From assembly GCF_009834535.1 (NCBI RefSeq), contig NC_045698.1, forward strand, positions 15,750,001 to 15,814,000: DNA of 64,000 nucleotides, written 5' to 3'. Both the position numbers and the translations under genes were made by a program. This document shows, in pieces, positions 1-13,010 of this stretch. The stretch's first letter is position 1. Every line of letters starts with the position of its first letter. Origin of the DNA: Camelus ferus (taxonomy: Eukaryota). The notes beneath the pieces are model-generated. The model searched no databases and was not told the origin of the DNA. It saw nothing but the letters and a program-made list of their open reading frames with translations.

Positions 1-2654
1 AATGTTGGCTAAGTGAATAATGTTAGAACACTTTAATTCTTCTCATTGTACTTTCATTTTATATAGTCCTTAACAATGTTGAAAGTAGGCTTCAAATTCA
101 TCTTACACACCAAGTGATCATCTTTTACGAACATGATGAAGAGATGACAGTTGTGCTATCTGACAATTGACCTAGTAGAAAAGGCTGAAAACAGGCGTTT
201 CTGACATTCTTAAATATTTTTATTTTTATGTCAGAATCATAACTAATGCCAAAAGAGCATAATGCCTACCGAACTGTTTCTGCCATTTAAATTCTATCTA
301 GCAACCTAAATGCTAAGCTTGTTCCATCTGTATGTGTTGCTACGCTCTTGTCAGACTGAGCTAAGTGGCTCCAGGACCTATGGAAAGCCTACTTTTTGTC
401 ACCACTTCACTTCAACAACCTTACTTTATCTAGCAAGCAGTTTACACACAAAACTCAAGGCTGACTTTTGAAGGTGTCTTTTACTTTCAGGGGTGATGGC
501 TCCATGTGGACAAAAATGCTTTTAACTCTAGAATTTCCTCTTGCAACGCCAAGCCTTATGAAATATTTCAATGAGTGTAACGCTAGCAGGGTCACCCTCC
601 TTACCAACCCTGACCAGTTTTATTGTTTTTGGTAAAGCATGCATACAGGAAAATACAGTCTGACTTCCGTATTTGGTATGGATCAGAGGAAAGAGAGTGA
701 ATGGTCTCTCAAGGACCACATGCTGCAGGGTGTCCTAAAGAGGACACTGGAGAAGTACACGAGCCTAGACAGTGGTCGTGCAGAGAGCGCTGACGCACCG
801 AGGATGCGGGGTCTGGGTGCTGTTGATAAGCAAACGGGTTTCATGTGGAAGAGAATCTTACCTTGCTTATTGACTGGTACCCACTTTTCAGAACCAACTG
901 AATGTAGTCTAAAATTTAATGTTTGAGTTACATAGTTCTAAGATACACATGCAGAATTTACCTATGAGTACAGAATTCTGCTTAAAATACACACACGTCT
1001 TCCCAGTTGGGCTCCTCCAAAGATGGAATGAACTACTTTGGGAAGCAAAACATTCTGCTTCTACTCAAAGCAGAATCACGAAATTTCTTGAACAGAATAT
1101 TACTACAACTGACACACAAAAGACAAGGAAGAGGCTTTAAGTCACAGGTGTGTGGCTACGTAGTCATGAGAGGTACACAACACATGAGTTTGCAAAAACT
1201 GGACTAAGAAAGACCTAGAAAGGAGTGGGTATGTGAAAGGGCTGGCAGCTTCATAAACTGATATATTTGGTCAAGAACAAGAGTAACGTGGCCATCATGT
1301 CACAACAAGCTTTACTTCTTTAAAGGAGTCATTGTGACACTTTGATGACTTGGTCTAGTTTTTTGTGTTAACTGTGTTCACTCACTGCTGCCTAACTCTG
1401 TGTTGGAGCCCCCTTCCCATGCCTGCAGACCAGAGCATAATTGTTCTTTTTTCTTAAAAACTCAGAAAAACAAAATGGCATAACATTCAGCAGAGGAAAA
1501 AAAAAACATACTGGTGTCTAATTATGCTTCTGAGTAGAGTGTGGGATATTATACCTGTTTACTTCTTTTTTTTTGTTTTCTGACAAGAAATATTTCTCTA
1601 TTATCATAATATTATGTTCCTCCTTAGACTCTAGTCACAACATTCATCTTGGTGTTATGTTTCCCTCTGCCTTTCTGATGTTTGCCTTCGGGCCCACTGA
1701 TAACATTATATTTGGTGGATCTGCATTAAAAATCACTTCGTTCCCTGACAAGATATTTAAAATGTCATTTGTGCCTCGTGAAGGCTTTTAGAAAAATCCA
1801 GAGACCTGGACCCACATGGCCCAAATGGTGTTTCTGTGAGGACTGCAATTTCCTTTTGAGGATTAAGGTTCCAGGGAAGATTGCTTCTAAATATCTGTGA
1901 GAGAAATACTTTCCTGAATTAATGCCGTTGCTTACTCTGTATCGATTTTTAGAGCATTTCGCCTCACCCCATATAAAGGATAAGCAATAAAGTACAGTTT
2001 AATTATGGGAATATTAAATATAACAGTGTAATCATTCCTTAAACGTGTGAGATCAGAGAGTATCTATTCAGGACGTGCTTTTTGACAGCGGATTCTCAAG
2101 TATGGCCGATTTCTAGTGTTTGTTATACCGGATACGTTCCTCTAAAGATCCAAAAGCCTAAGACTAAGAATTAGAGTCGTTTCCTGCACAACCATCATCT
2201 AGTTATGAAATAAGAAGCTATCAGGGTGGTACTTTTAAAGAGAATGGAGTTCTGAGTTAAAATATGCGTGTTCATTGATCACAAATGGGTGAGAAATGTC
2301 ACTGAGTTATTACACAGAAAGATGCTGATTGAAAACAGGTGACCTTTACAAAACGTGCGTGAACAGCTTTTACTGTTCATTAAAGGATAAGATATCTACA
2401 CAGTCTGTAAGAGGTACGAAATGCATTAAGCCATTATCAGTGGTTACAGGCATGGCAAATTTTTGAATTAGTCTAATTGTTACTATATTTTTGTGTTTGG
2501 GGATATTTCATAAAGGTCATATGGCAGAGCAAAATTCTCTTCAGAATGGCAGGCATTTAACTATCCAAGAGGAAAGAAGAAGCTTATGAATAAATGATTG
2601 TTCTTGAATTTAGAGAAGTACATTACATGACTTTTTTTTTTTTTTTGCAAAGGA

Positions 2655-3660
2655 TTTGTATTTGTTGGTGTCTGTCGCTGGAGATATAGTAGTGAATGAA
2701 AAAGGCATAGAGCCTGCCATCAGCGAGTTAGGAATTCAGCATCATTAAATGATGTAATGAGTTCTGGGATTGAAGTTATAAAGTGTTTTATGGAAACTGA
2801 TAGGAGAGAGATTTTACTAGCCTGGTAGGGGCCAAAAATTGTTTGGACAAAGTGACATCTTGCGTTCTATGGGTCAAGAGATCTAGTCAGATGAGAAGAC
2901 AATAAGACAGGTGGCAAATATGAAATCTCAGGGATAAGGAACTAAAAGTTGTGGAGAAATAGGCTCCTAGAGTTTGGGCAAGACTAGAGAACGTCCATAA
3001 AAATTGGTGCCCCAGGAATGTCGGAACGATATCCTAGGAGAGGGGCCACGACAAGGGGAGTCTTTAACACAGGAGTGATGAGATCAAGACTGGCCTGAGG
3101 GAGGTCAGCCTCCTGGCAGTCAGGAGCATTATTTCGCGGAGAAAAAGAGTATAATACGGAGCTCATAAGAAAGTAACAGATGATGGTGATGTGAACTGTG
3201 GGGAGGCGAGGGTGAAAACCTGTGTGAGAAGGATGTAAAGGGCAGCACTGAAAGGCCCAGATGTGTCAGGTGTGGAGCGTGGTAAGGCAAAGCCGACAGC
3301 TGGATTTCTCACTTGGCCTGCTGAGTAGGTTGTGCTGCCATTTGCTGAGCCATTGAAGAGAGACTAGGGAGCAAGTGTGGGGGGCAAGATTGGTAGATGC
3401 ATGGACCCCTTCATCCTTCCCTCTCTCTATCTCTCCCTTCCTCCATTCCTCTCTTCCATCCCTCCTTCTCTCCTTTCTTTAACATAGAGGTACCAGCCAT
3501 GTGATAGATGCTGATCTCCGTGCTGAGGCTTAAGCAGGGAAAACAAGATTCTTATCTTCAAGGAGGTTACGGTCCCATCGGAGAAACCATCATCAGGCAG
3601 TAAGTGGGGAATGTCAGACTGACAGTAAGGAGAAAGAAACAAAAAGGTGAGTTGGGGGTA
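2655..3660 (-). mobile_element. L2 LINE fragments (probably two pieces)
   Basis: gctggagatatagtagtgaa...gcctgccatca; gtgctgccatttgctgag; tcttcaaggaggttacggtc motifs of antisense L2. Confidence 0.55.
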
Positions 3661-4449
3661 CACTGGTAAGAGAAAAACTGTGGGTAAATGACATCTCCTA
3701 TTTAATTTCAGTTACAGTTAACAATAACAACAACACAAAAAACTGTCCAGAAGAAGCAGAGTTTCTGCCAGGGTAACCCATAGTGTTCGACCTATGGAAT
3801 GAAAGGTGAAAATGTTATCCTCCTGAGAATGTCAATACCATTAAATTTGAATAGCTCGCTTTGAATGTGATTGTCCTCCAAGGGTCCGGACAAGAATGGG
3901 GGTTTTTCTAGTCAGGAGGTGGGACAATGTGAGCTGTTCTCCACGTCAGTGTTAGCAAGCATGGCCATTTTCCCTCAACTCTGAAAGTGAAATAAAGTTG
4001 CTCACCTAATCCTGCAAAACGGAGCCCTGAAAGTCACCAATGGATACATCCTTGGCCAATTTCATGCTCATTCAACCTCTTGTTCAGCTTCAAGTCCTGC
4101 ATATAAGCTTTCATAAATCCTTGGTTTACAGTATTTTATTCTCTCTCCATTCAGCTCCACCCAAAACTAATTTTCTCCCCAGATATACTTTTGTTTTAAT
4201 TTTATAGGTATTTTTAATGTATATATATTTAATTCAAAGTACTGAAAAATATAACACAAGATTCAGACCAGAGCACCAATAAATCTCTCCCACTCTCAGA
4301 ATTCTTTGATGAGTTCCCATTATCCCTGTTACATAGACAAATATGAAGTTGTGCTTTACACACACACTCTTCTTAGATACGCAATATTTTATCGTAATGT
4401 TATGCCAGAACCAGTGTGGTTCTGGAGGGGTGAGGGTTCTCTTATCACA

Positions 4450-4800
4450 TCTCTGTGCCTTTGGACGTAGTGTTACTTCTAGCAGCAGCTTATACCCCGT
4501 CCTCTTCTGTCTGTCTTAGTTCAAGCTATCCCTTCATTGACAGCACAGGAAATTTCTAGGAAGCATTCCCTGGCCCTCCAAGTTAAGTCAGGAGCTCTCT
4601 CTGTGCGTTGATAACACCCTGTGCATATTTTTCATGATTACACAGCAGAGGGTACTGTAACTGGCCTTTCTCTTATTTGCACCCCCACCAACAAGCACAC
4701 ACTATTCAAAGGAATTAGGGCTTGTCGGCATGTGTCCACAGCGTCTAGCAAGTACCTGACACTTAAGAGGCACATGTTAATACTAAGTAAATTAAGTGGA
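4450..4800 (+). mobile_element. L2 3' end
   Basis: aggaagcattccctggccc...tccacagcgtctagcaagtacctgacac... Confidence 0.6.
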
Positions 4801-4909
4801 TATGTGCTTGATTCTTACCCAGTCCTAAGCAAAAGCAAAACTATCATTGTTTAGGTTTGCCTCAATCCTAAGACATAGCCCATATAACTAACTGATTCCT
4901 TTGGAATAT

Positions 4910-5090
4910 CCATTCATTCTTTGTTCAATAGATACTTTCTGAAAGTCTACTCTATGCCAGGCCCTACTGCAGGCCAGGGCTGCAGCTATGAGAGAAAGAA
5001 ACAAAAAACCCAGTCTTCATGAAGCTTACATTCTAATGTCTACTGAGGAACAGGGAGACAAATAACAATCCAATAAATATAAAAGCATCA
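4910..5090 (-). mobile_element. L2 3' end
   Basis: cattcattc...ctactctatgccaggccct...tcatgaagcttacattcta. Confidence 0.75.
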
Positions 5091-5894
5091 GTAAATATAA
5101 AATATAACGTTTCCAGTTAAGGAAACGTTAAGCATTCGAGAAGGAAAAAATATGGAACAGTAATAGCGAAATGTTAATATAAGTTATGCAAAATGTGTGT
5201 CCACACTAATGAAATATATCTCCCTTTGTGTTTTGTAGAGTTGAGCAATAACAAAGAAATATGTACTGCATTTGGGAATAGAAAGAAAAAAAAAAGGTTA
5301 CATAGAGGAGAGAGAGTTGAAATCAGTATCTTTGCCATTTAGTTTGGGAATAGAAGAAAAGTTGAAGTGACAAATAATGAAGCCTCATGACTGCATTCCT
5401 AGAATGCAGAGAAGTGAAATACTGTTTGAGAAGTCAGCTCTCTGGGATGAGTTTGGAACCTTGGTATGGAATTATCCTGCGTAGCCCTAAAGCCAAGAAT
5501 TTCTACACATTGAGAAGTAGGGTTGGAAAAGCCTGCTCCCTCTGAACTGCAGAGAATGAAATACGTTAGCAATGGTTAAATAAATACTGTTAGCAAGTGT
5601 GAACAATGCAAAGAATTAAACATGTTGGCAACGTGGTAGAAATACATTGTTTTCCAAAACATTCAGTTTTTCTGTATCCAGAGAGAGCAAGTAGGAATCA
5701 ACAGTGGATTAAGAAAAATGTTTCTCAATTTTTACCTGGCTCAGAGCTTCCCATCATCCTTCTATAATGGAAAGAGCTTCTTGAGAAGTTTTACCGGCCT
5801 TTAACCAGGTAAGCTAGGCTGTAAGTCACATCCTGTGGTAGGTCCCTGACCACTTACCCACCTGGGGCAACCCCAGAGCAGAGTGGGGCTAGAA

Positions 5895-6235
5895 TCAGAG
5901 CAGCAGCGTCAGCGGCCCTGGGGGGGGGGGGGGCTGGTACCCGCGCGGAATGTGGCCTCGCTCCAGAACCTCTCAACAAGATGCCCAGGTCAATGTGCGC
6001 CCGCTCAAGTCTGGACTTGCTGTTCTGTAACAGCAATCCTCAACCTGGTGTGAATATGAGAATGGCCTGGGAAGTTGTTTAAACCTCAGTGATAGGGTTA
6101 CACCCCTAGATATTCTGATTCTATCAGAATAGTCTGCATATCTCTCAAAACTGTGTTTCCTAGGTCCTTTCTCAGACATACTAAATCGTTACTCCAGGTG
6201 TGAGATCCAGGGATCTGCTGCTTTAAGACACACAT
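5895..6235. mobile_element. Adjacent MER5A-like hAT fragments
   Basis: cagcagcgtcagc...ctggg...aacaagatgcccaggt...caagtctgga, then cagcaatcctcaacctgg...gaatggcctgggaag...cacccctagatattctgatt. Confidence 0.6.
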
Positions 6236-6618
6236 GCTCATTGAATCCTGTATATAGCAAAGCAAAAGAATGTGTGGCTTGGAGAATGGAAAACAACGAA
6301 TTCTGTTGCAGAAAATACAATTTCATTTATCCTGATTACTTGAATCAATCTACGAAATATGAAATTCTTCTGTATGTATATGTGTATAAATGCTATTCGA
6401 TAACCTTTCAACTTTATAATTAGAGGATTTAAATCCCATAGCAAAATATAGATGAGTTTGTAGAGAAGAGGAAATGATAGGCTTGGATCTATTTGAAAAT
6501 ATATTTCAGATCATTATCTTCAAAATATTTTATAAATATTTCACAAAATATGTTATGCTCATAATAAAAAATTATGCAATATATGAATTAGTTTCATGAA
6601 TTTGTTTCTTTCCTAAAC

Positions 6619-6750
6619 AAGGAGCCAGCATACTTTTTCTGTAAAAGATAAAATAGCAAATAACTTCAGCTTTGCACACACTACAATTTCTTTGTGCTCA
6701 ACTATTCAAGTCTGGTTTTATAGCATATAAGCTGCCATTGACAAAAATAG
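6619..6750 (+). mobile_element. MER58A-like DNA transposon fragment
   Basis: caaggagccagcatactttttctgtaaaag...tcagctttgc...caactattcaa...aagctgccattgacaa. Confidence 0.75.
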
Positions 6751-6972
6751 GAAGTTTCCCCTAAACTGTCTCTCAAATTACTTTCTTTAAAGTAACATCT
6801 ACTCATCTGTCTAAATCCAATAGAAAAAAAAATGTATTTTCCTAAAATTCAAGTGTACTGATAGGAACACAGTGTCGGGAGGTGGTTCCAGCTTCTGGTA
6901 AGGTCCAAATATACATTGTTCTTAAGGAGAAAGAATGTTCCTAATTTTCTCTACTTGATAGATAAGGTAAGG

Positions 6973-7012
6973 GGCTAATAACAAGGTTTCTGGCTAATAA
7001 CAAGGTTTCTGG
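6973..7012. repeat. Perfect 19-bp tandem duplication ggctaataacaaggtttct
   Basis: Two adjacent identical copies. Confidence 0.95.
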
Positions 7013-7029
7013 TTTATAATAACCACTGA

Positions 7030-7268
7030 TATTTCTGGAGCACGGAAGCAGTTGTAAGTATGTTATATTAATTATCTCTTTTATTTCATACAACACTGGT
7101 TTGGGATCAGTACTATCATTAGCTCCATTTTGAAGATGATAAAAATAAAGCGAAGGCACTTTAACTGACTTGCCTAAGGTCTTGGAGCTAGCAAGTACCC
7201 TCGGTGGGATTTGAACTGAGGCTTTGAATCTAGAACCCGTGCTGATGGCCACTCCACATTTCTGCCTT
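7030..7268 (-). mobile_element. MIR SINE
   Basis: ctccattttgaagatga...actgacttgcctaaggtc...agctagcaagt...gggatttgaact. Confidence 0.8.
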
Positions 7269-8959
7269 ATCCACTGTCTCCTGAGACTATGAATATGTAT
7301 GATGTTGGGCCAATTATAATCTTTTAGTTTGTAAGAAACACAGATGTGCTCAGCTTGAATTGGTTAATGGAACTGAAACCACAGAGAAAAATGTAGAAAA
7401 CAGGAAACAGTCGCACTGCGTGGCGTGTCTGGAATAGCACCCAGGATCACACAGTCTTTATGTTCCTACACAGAGAGCACTCCTTCCTTTTGTGCTTAGC
7501 CAGTATAGTGAGAAAAACATGTTTGTTGTCTAACTGACCTGAAGGAATTCACTTCTTTTCTTTCCTTCCTCCCAACCTCATGACTTCATCTCATTGATGA
7601 TTTCTGCAGACCAACATCTCTGTGTTTCTCAAATTCTGCTCCTGCCCATCCACTGCTGGTTATCCACCTTGAATTTATATGTAAGGTCATTAAATCAGCT
7701 ATGTGCTATATAACACAGGACATCTTTTATTGTTGTGTTCTTTTTAATAGGCTACATGGTAGCCGTTGGCTACTCTAGAGATGGCTGTCTTAGATCTGGG
7801 TGCATTCATCTCTGGTCAAGTCTACTGTGGCTTGTGGAGCCTAGACACAGTCATATTTCTAGGTGGGGAGACCTATTTATGGTGGTCGCTCAGCACATGA
7901 GTTCCTCTGCAGTATGGCTTTTTATAGATCATGTTGATTCTTTTGGAATAGTAATAAAGGAGATTATCTATATACACTTTGTTTTTCTGTTATTCTTATA
8001 CATAACTAGGATAAGCCAGTAATTTACCATAAAACCTAGAGAATGGAAAGTAAGCTGGCTGGGGGCTGGAGATTATACATATATACTTCTTGATCATGTT
8101 TCTAATCATTATTGAATCCATTATTTGCAGTATCTGGTTCAATGTTATCTTTTTACATGTTTGAGAACATGTTGAAACATAACAAAGGATTATATTTTAT
8201 GACTATGTAACCTAGCTAACTTCCAGCTACTGCCTCAGCACATCCTTGGATATGACAGTTAATCAGATTACATTTTTCAGTCAATCATAATTTTACAACA
8301 GCTCTCCCTTTTTGTCCTAGACTGGACCAAATTTTGGTTTGGATAATATTGTCACAATATCAACATAATAAGCTCTAGTAAATCTCTGTGTACACATGGA
8401 AAGGCTTATATAAAATCAGGCGAGCAAACAGACTCCTCACATTTGAATCTTTGTTTTTTTTTAGTTCACTTTCCAATATTCAACTCCAACTGTTAATTTC
8501 TTTATATTTTCTAATATTGTGAATGTATTTTGCCATGAACATGATTCTCCTTAACTTCCTTCTAATGACATCTCGATACAAGTAGCACTGGATTTATATC
8601 TCTAATCTTTATTTGATTTTATCCTGAAAGTATGTCTACCTCTCTTGAAAAGACGTATGTTTTGCAGATACTAAATTTCAGTACTGATTATCCCAGAGTG
8701 GAGCGCTTTTTCTGTCAGTACTAATCAGAATCAGCTTGATGTAAAGACTTGAGCACTAACCTCTTTCAAAACCGGAAAGAACAAGGTATATGTTTCTTTC
8801 AAACATTGGTGGCTATGGAATTTACAAAATCATTTATTTTGAATAAGCAAGAACTGAACTATTCTGGGGGTAATGTAATTAAGCTGCACCACCTTAAAAT
8901 TACCTTAAAATATTCATGAGTATCACATTAAGTTGGAAAAAGTCACCATATATAAGGTG

Positions 8960-9200
8960 ATAAAAAGTATAGAGCAAAGATTATGAGCTGTAAACACTGC
9001 CAGATCTGAGCTTGAACCATAGATCCACTAACTATGGTACCACCCTTGGCCCAGTTACATGTGCTCTCTCAGCCTGCATCTCCTTGTCTGGCAAATTGAG
9101 GTAAATAACTTCCAATGTTATCATTTTGATTTGATGATTATATAATACAAAGTTTAGACCCCAGCTATTTGGCATTTAGAAGTCATGATAGACACTGCCT
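8960..9200 (+). mobile_element. MIR SINE (decayed)
   Basis: ccactaactatgg...ccttggcccagttac...ctctctcagcctgcatctccttgtctggcaaattgagg. Confidence 0.6.
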
Positions 9201-11449
9201 CACCCCACTGTCTTTTATTGAAAATACCACCTGCCTAGGAGCAGGTTATAAATCATAAGACCAGTTTTATAAAGTTTTAATGGATTTTTTGTTTTTGGTT
9301 TAAATTTTGAAACTGACTATTCTAAGTGAGGTTATCCTCTGTTTTCCAATCTCACAGAAGGAATACATCACTGTCAAAGAAATGAAAAATGGGATTCAAT
9401 ATAGAAGATAGACATAAGGTGGGATAATATGTGAGAAAAAAGTCTGACAGAGGCAGCACATGCTACCCAAAATAAACAGCTCTTAATTCAATTCTCAACT
9501 TTCCCTGCGATTCTCATCATTCTCTTTTCAGCCTGTGTAATGCAAATTAAGACAACGACAGTGATAAAATCCTTTTAAGATCTTCAAGTATATCTTTTTT
9601 TAAAAGAATAAAAGCTACAACAGCCTTTTTAAATAAATATTTCATTACACACTAAGCACGTCCTTCAAGGGTCATATACAAGTAAGTACATCTAATAAAA
9701 GTTCATTGGGTAGGACACCACCACGAATTTTGAACTTGGCCCAATGAATAGTTTGTAACACCGAGAGTTTTCAGCAATGTACAAGTTTGTTACTAATAAA
9801 TGTGGCCCCGTCCGGTTAATGGTGCCTCTTCCTGTTTTAGAGGTTACTTAAAATGTGAAAAATGAAGACGCCAAACACCCCAAACAGTAACTAATCAAAC
9901 ACTTCTCTGAAGTATCTTTGAATCAGTGGAAAAACCATCCTCCTGGAGAGAAGAGATGGACATCTCAGTACAACAGAGGTAAATAAAATGTCTTCAGGCT
10001 TTGGCTAAAAGCATACAGACAACAAGCTAGTCCACATCAGTGCCTGTGGGTGTCCTAAAAATATTTTATTCCTATGCGGGAAGCAAAAACATCAGTCTCT
10101 TCATGTATGATTATAGACAAAAGCTCCCCAAGAATTTCAGAAGCCTGGCCAATTAACATGAAGAGTGTTCTGATACCTTTATAAACTGTCCCATCTCAGG
10201 ACACCCACAAGAGGAAGGCGGAATCAACATCTCATGAAATATGAGTGCTCCTTTTAAAAACCACGTTTAAGATACCCTTATAAATCTTTACACAAAAATA
10301 GCTAGATTTTTTTCTCTGTGCTTTAGCACAGCAGATGTTATTGAAATTCAGTTTGTGTAAGTATTATCTCATAATAATATATTTTATATTTTAAATAAGG
10401 TTGGCTTCATTATTAGAAAATCATTTTGATTTTCATAACCAGGTAAGTGGTTATTATTCACTCACGTGGTTACAGTGCTAATCAATCAATTGGGCATAAG
10501 TAATTACAGTGACAAAATCATTGTATTTTTGATTGCAGGCAAATTTGCTATAATCTGGGGTAAAACCATCACACTGTATTTACATGTGCAAAGTAAAGCA
10601 GGAAAAAAAAGTTCTGATAATTAAATGACTTTGGAAAGTTACTTCTATTCCCTCTAGATATTTTTGACAAACTTATGAGGAAAAAGGTTTAGAAGAAATA
10701 ATGTGGACTAATTTGTTTAAATTACCTAGATATTTGCTCTAAACCATGTAAAAATACAAGTTTAACCTCAGTTCACTCTTGTTTGATAACAAAGTGCAAC
10801 TTCACAAACCTAAAAGCCAAGATTTCAATAAACATATAAATTGAGTCTATTGAAGAAATCTCCTTTCAAAAATAAGTATATTAGAAAGAAGGTTATGTTT
10901 CTTTTATTCATATTAATCTATCTCATAAAAAATTCATCTCTCATATAAAAACTATAAATCATATCAGTGGTATAACTTTCGGGGTTCATTTTTCTTAACA
11001 GCTACATTAGAAACTTTATTTAAATTATAATTGCTAAATGGACACTATTAAAATATTCAGGGATTTAGTCCTAAATCCATTGACCCAGAGGGAGCTCAGG
11101 AACATTGTTAAAGTAAAAAGCTGCACAAAATCTCGACTCTCATTTGCAAATTTTCTTTCCATCTAATTTAACTTTGAAGCTTTTAGACTTGGAGATTTCA
11201 CCATGTGACAACAGCAGAACACTTCAATCAAAATCATGTTGCCTTAGCGCCCCACAGCTCTCTAGATTATTTAAAGACGGGTAAAATGAGAAGTTAACTC
11301 TCTTTTCATGTTTCCTTTATTGTCTCTTGATGCGAGGCAGAATACTTATATTTCAAAAGCAATCGCTCTGTAGTACCGTTATCCCCAAACACCGGTTTTC
11401 ATTCTAGGACACTTGGTTATAAACTGAGCCTTTCCCTGACATCAACAGT

Positions 11450-12230
11450 CACTTGCTGCAGTGCAGAATGTCAGTTTAGTCAGTTCGAACTTTCCATGCA
11501 GAAATGCAGCGCGATTGCAGTCACTCAGCTCGAGCGGCACTTACCTTAATTGAAATATTCACTGCGAAGGAGGTGAGAAATCAGTCAGATCAACCGTGAA
11601 CGGGGAGGGGAGAGCGAAGTTTTCAATCAGCACCCTCCCAGGAGCTGCAGGCTGGGCTGCTCTTTGCTGTTTATGTTGAGCCCCTCACTGCCTAAGAGAA
11701 CAAAAAAGAGGAGCTGAAATCCTCAGAGGTTCCCTTGAGTAAATGAGGACTCAGCGATGTTTCCTAACGGGAGATGCTCGGCGAGCGCGCTGCGTCTGCG
11801 TCCCTAACGGCTGTGATAGGCTCCCGGCGGGTCCCCGGAGCCGGCGACGATCATTGACCTGATTAGCAGGGAACACTCCCCGCGTGCAGGCAGCGCACAC
11901 CGAGGGTCGGGGGGTCTCCTGGGGACTGGGCAAGGCACCGAGGCCACTTGGGAATCGTGTCTTTTCCAGCCTAACGGATGAACTACAACTAGACTGCAAT
12001 TTGCAAGGAGATCAGACACCAGTGTTTAAGCCACGAAGGGACTTAGACAAACGTGCTTTCTCCTGCTGTTCTGCCAGGTGCATTCGTGCTCGGGATCAGG
12101 TACAGTGAAACAATTAATCGACCGATAGAGCTGATTTGTAAGACGAGACGGAAGCCGAAAAATGTTCAAAGTGATGTGATGAAAGAGATGGCTGTGCTTG
12201 TCTTTGCCCCGAGCCCGGTACATACTTCAA
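11450..12230. promoter_or_regulatory. CpG-island-like promoter region
   Basis: About 23 CpGs counted in 11750-11980 against a strongly CpG-depleted background. Non-repetitive and GC-rich, overlapping the candidate exon. Confidence 0.7.
11545..11691 (-). other. Probable non-coding (5' UTR or lncRNA) spliced exon, 147 nt, of an unidentified minus-strand gene
   Basis: Minus strand: acceptor ctcctcttttttgttctcttAG|gcag and consensus donor AAG|GTAAGT (GT at 11544-11543). No ATG, and stops in all three frames. Sits next to the CpG-rich core. Confidence 0.65.
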
Positions 12231-12959
12231 CCTTTGTCTAAGTAAAATGTTTTCAAAGGTTTATCACAGCCCTCCAGAGGGCAACTCTGATTTATTAAAA
12301 AAGAAAAGGAAGTAGTCATACTAAATAAGAGTATTTGGCAGTTTCTTACAGACACGAGCACTCAATCCAAGACGTGGAGAACACAGCCTTGTTTGTGTAG
12401 TTTTTCAAACAGCATTTTAAATTAGCATTACACTTGCAAAAATGTTTGCATTATACTATTAACCTGAGGAGCACAGGAAAATACATCATTTTACCTAACT
12501 CAATCATCTCTTCTAGTAGTATTGAAATGCTGATTTTCTAAAACAAAAACAGTAAAAGTATGAGAGGATCTAAATGTCAAACAAATATATATTAAATGTA
12601 GTCACATGACTGCTGATACACAACCACTGACCACCTGAGAAGCTCTCCAACATCTCCAACATCAAAAGTTACCACTGCCTCCGAGAGATCTAATTTTCTC
12701 AGAAAGGTCACGTAAACTAAATGTCAAAGCCCCAAATGGTTAAGTTTTGACAATTGTCTTGTCACTTCTATAGGCGAAAATTATTCCAATAACATAAAAA
12801 GAACAGATGAAAAAAGCCATTTGCATGCCTTGAGAGTGAGAAAATTCTGATTGCCAAGGAGAAGACTGACGAATGTCCTCTCGCAATGCTACTGTGTGAC
12901 GTGTTCAGCATTTTTATTTTCCAAGTAGGTCTCACTTGGGCCATATGGCATTCCCTTGA

Positions 12960-12976
12960 TGTGCGTGTGTGTGTGT

Positions 12977-13010
<34 letters not shown>
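12960..13010. repeat. Compound (TG)n(AG)n microsatellite
   Basis: Read directly from the sequence. Confidence 0.95.

Noticed and set aside
4405..4425. 9-bp perfect hairpin (others at 23393-23415 and a palindrome near 15049-15064)
   Set aside because: Stems of 8-9 bp occur by chance at this window size.
9533..9547. Sox-Oct-like composite ctgtgtaatgcaaat (also cattatgatgcaaat at 22426-22440)
   Set aside because: Each has a mismatch in the Sox core; such hits are expected in 64 kb of AT-rich DNA.
11627..11650. TCAGCACC REST/NRSE left half-site (a similar one at about 56710)
   Set aside because: The right half GGACAG is absent at the canonical 2-nt spacing.
11751..12241. Overlapping short ORFs in the CpG-rich region
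   Set aside because: Expected from stop-codon scarcity in GC-rich DNA; no homology recognised.
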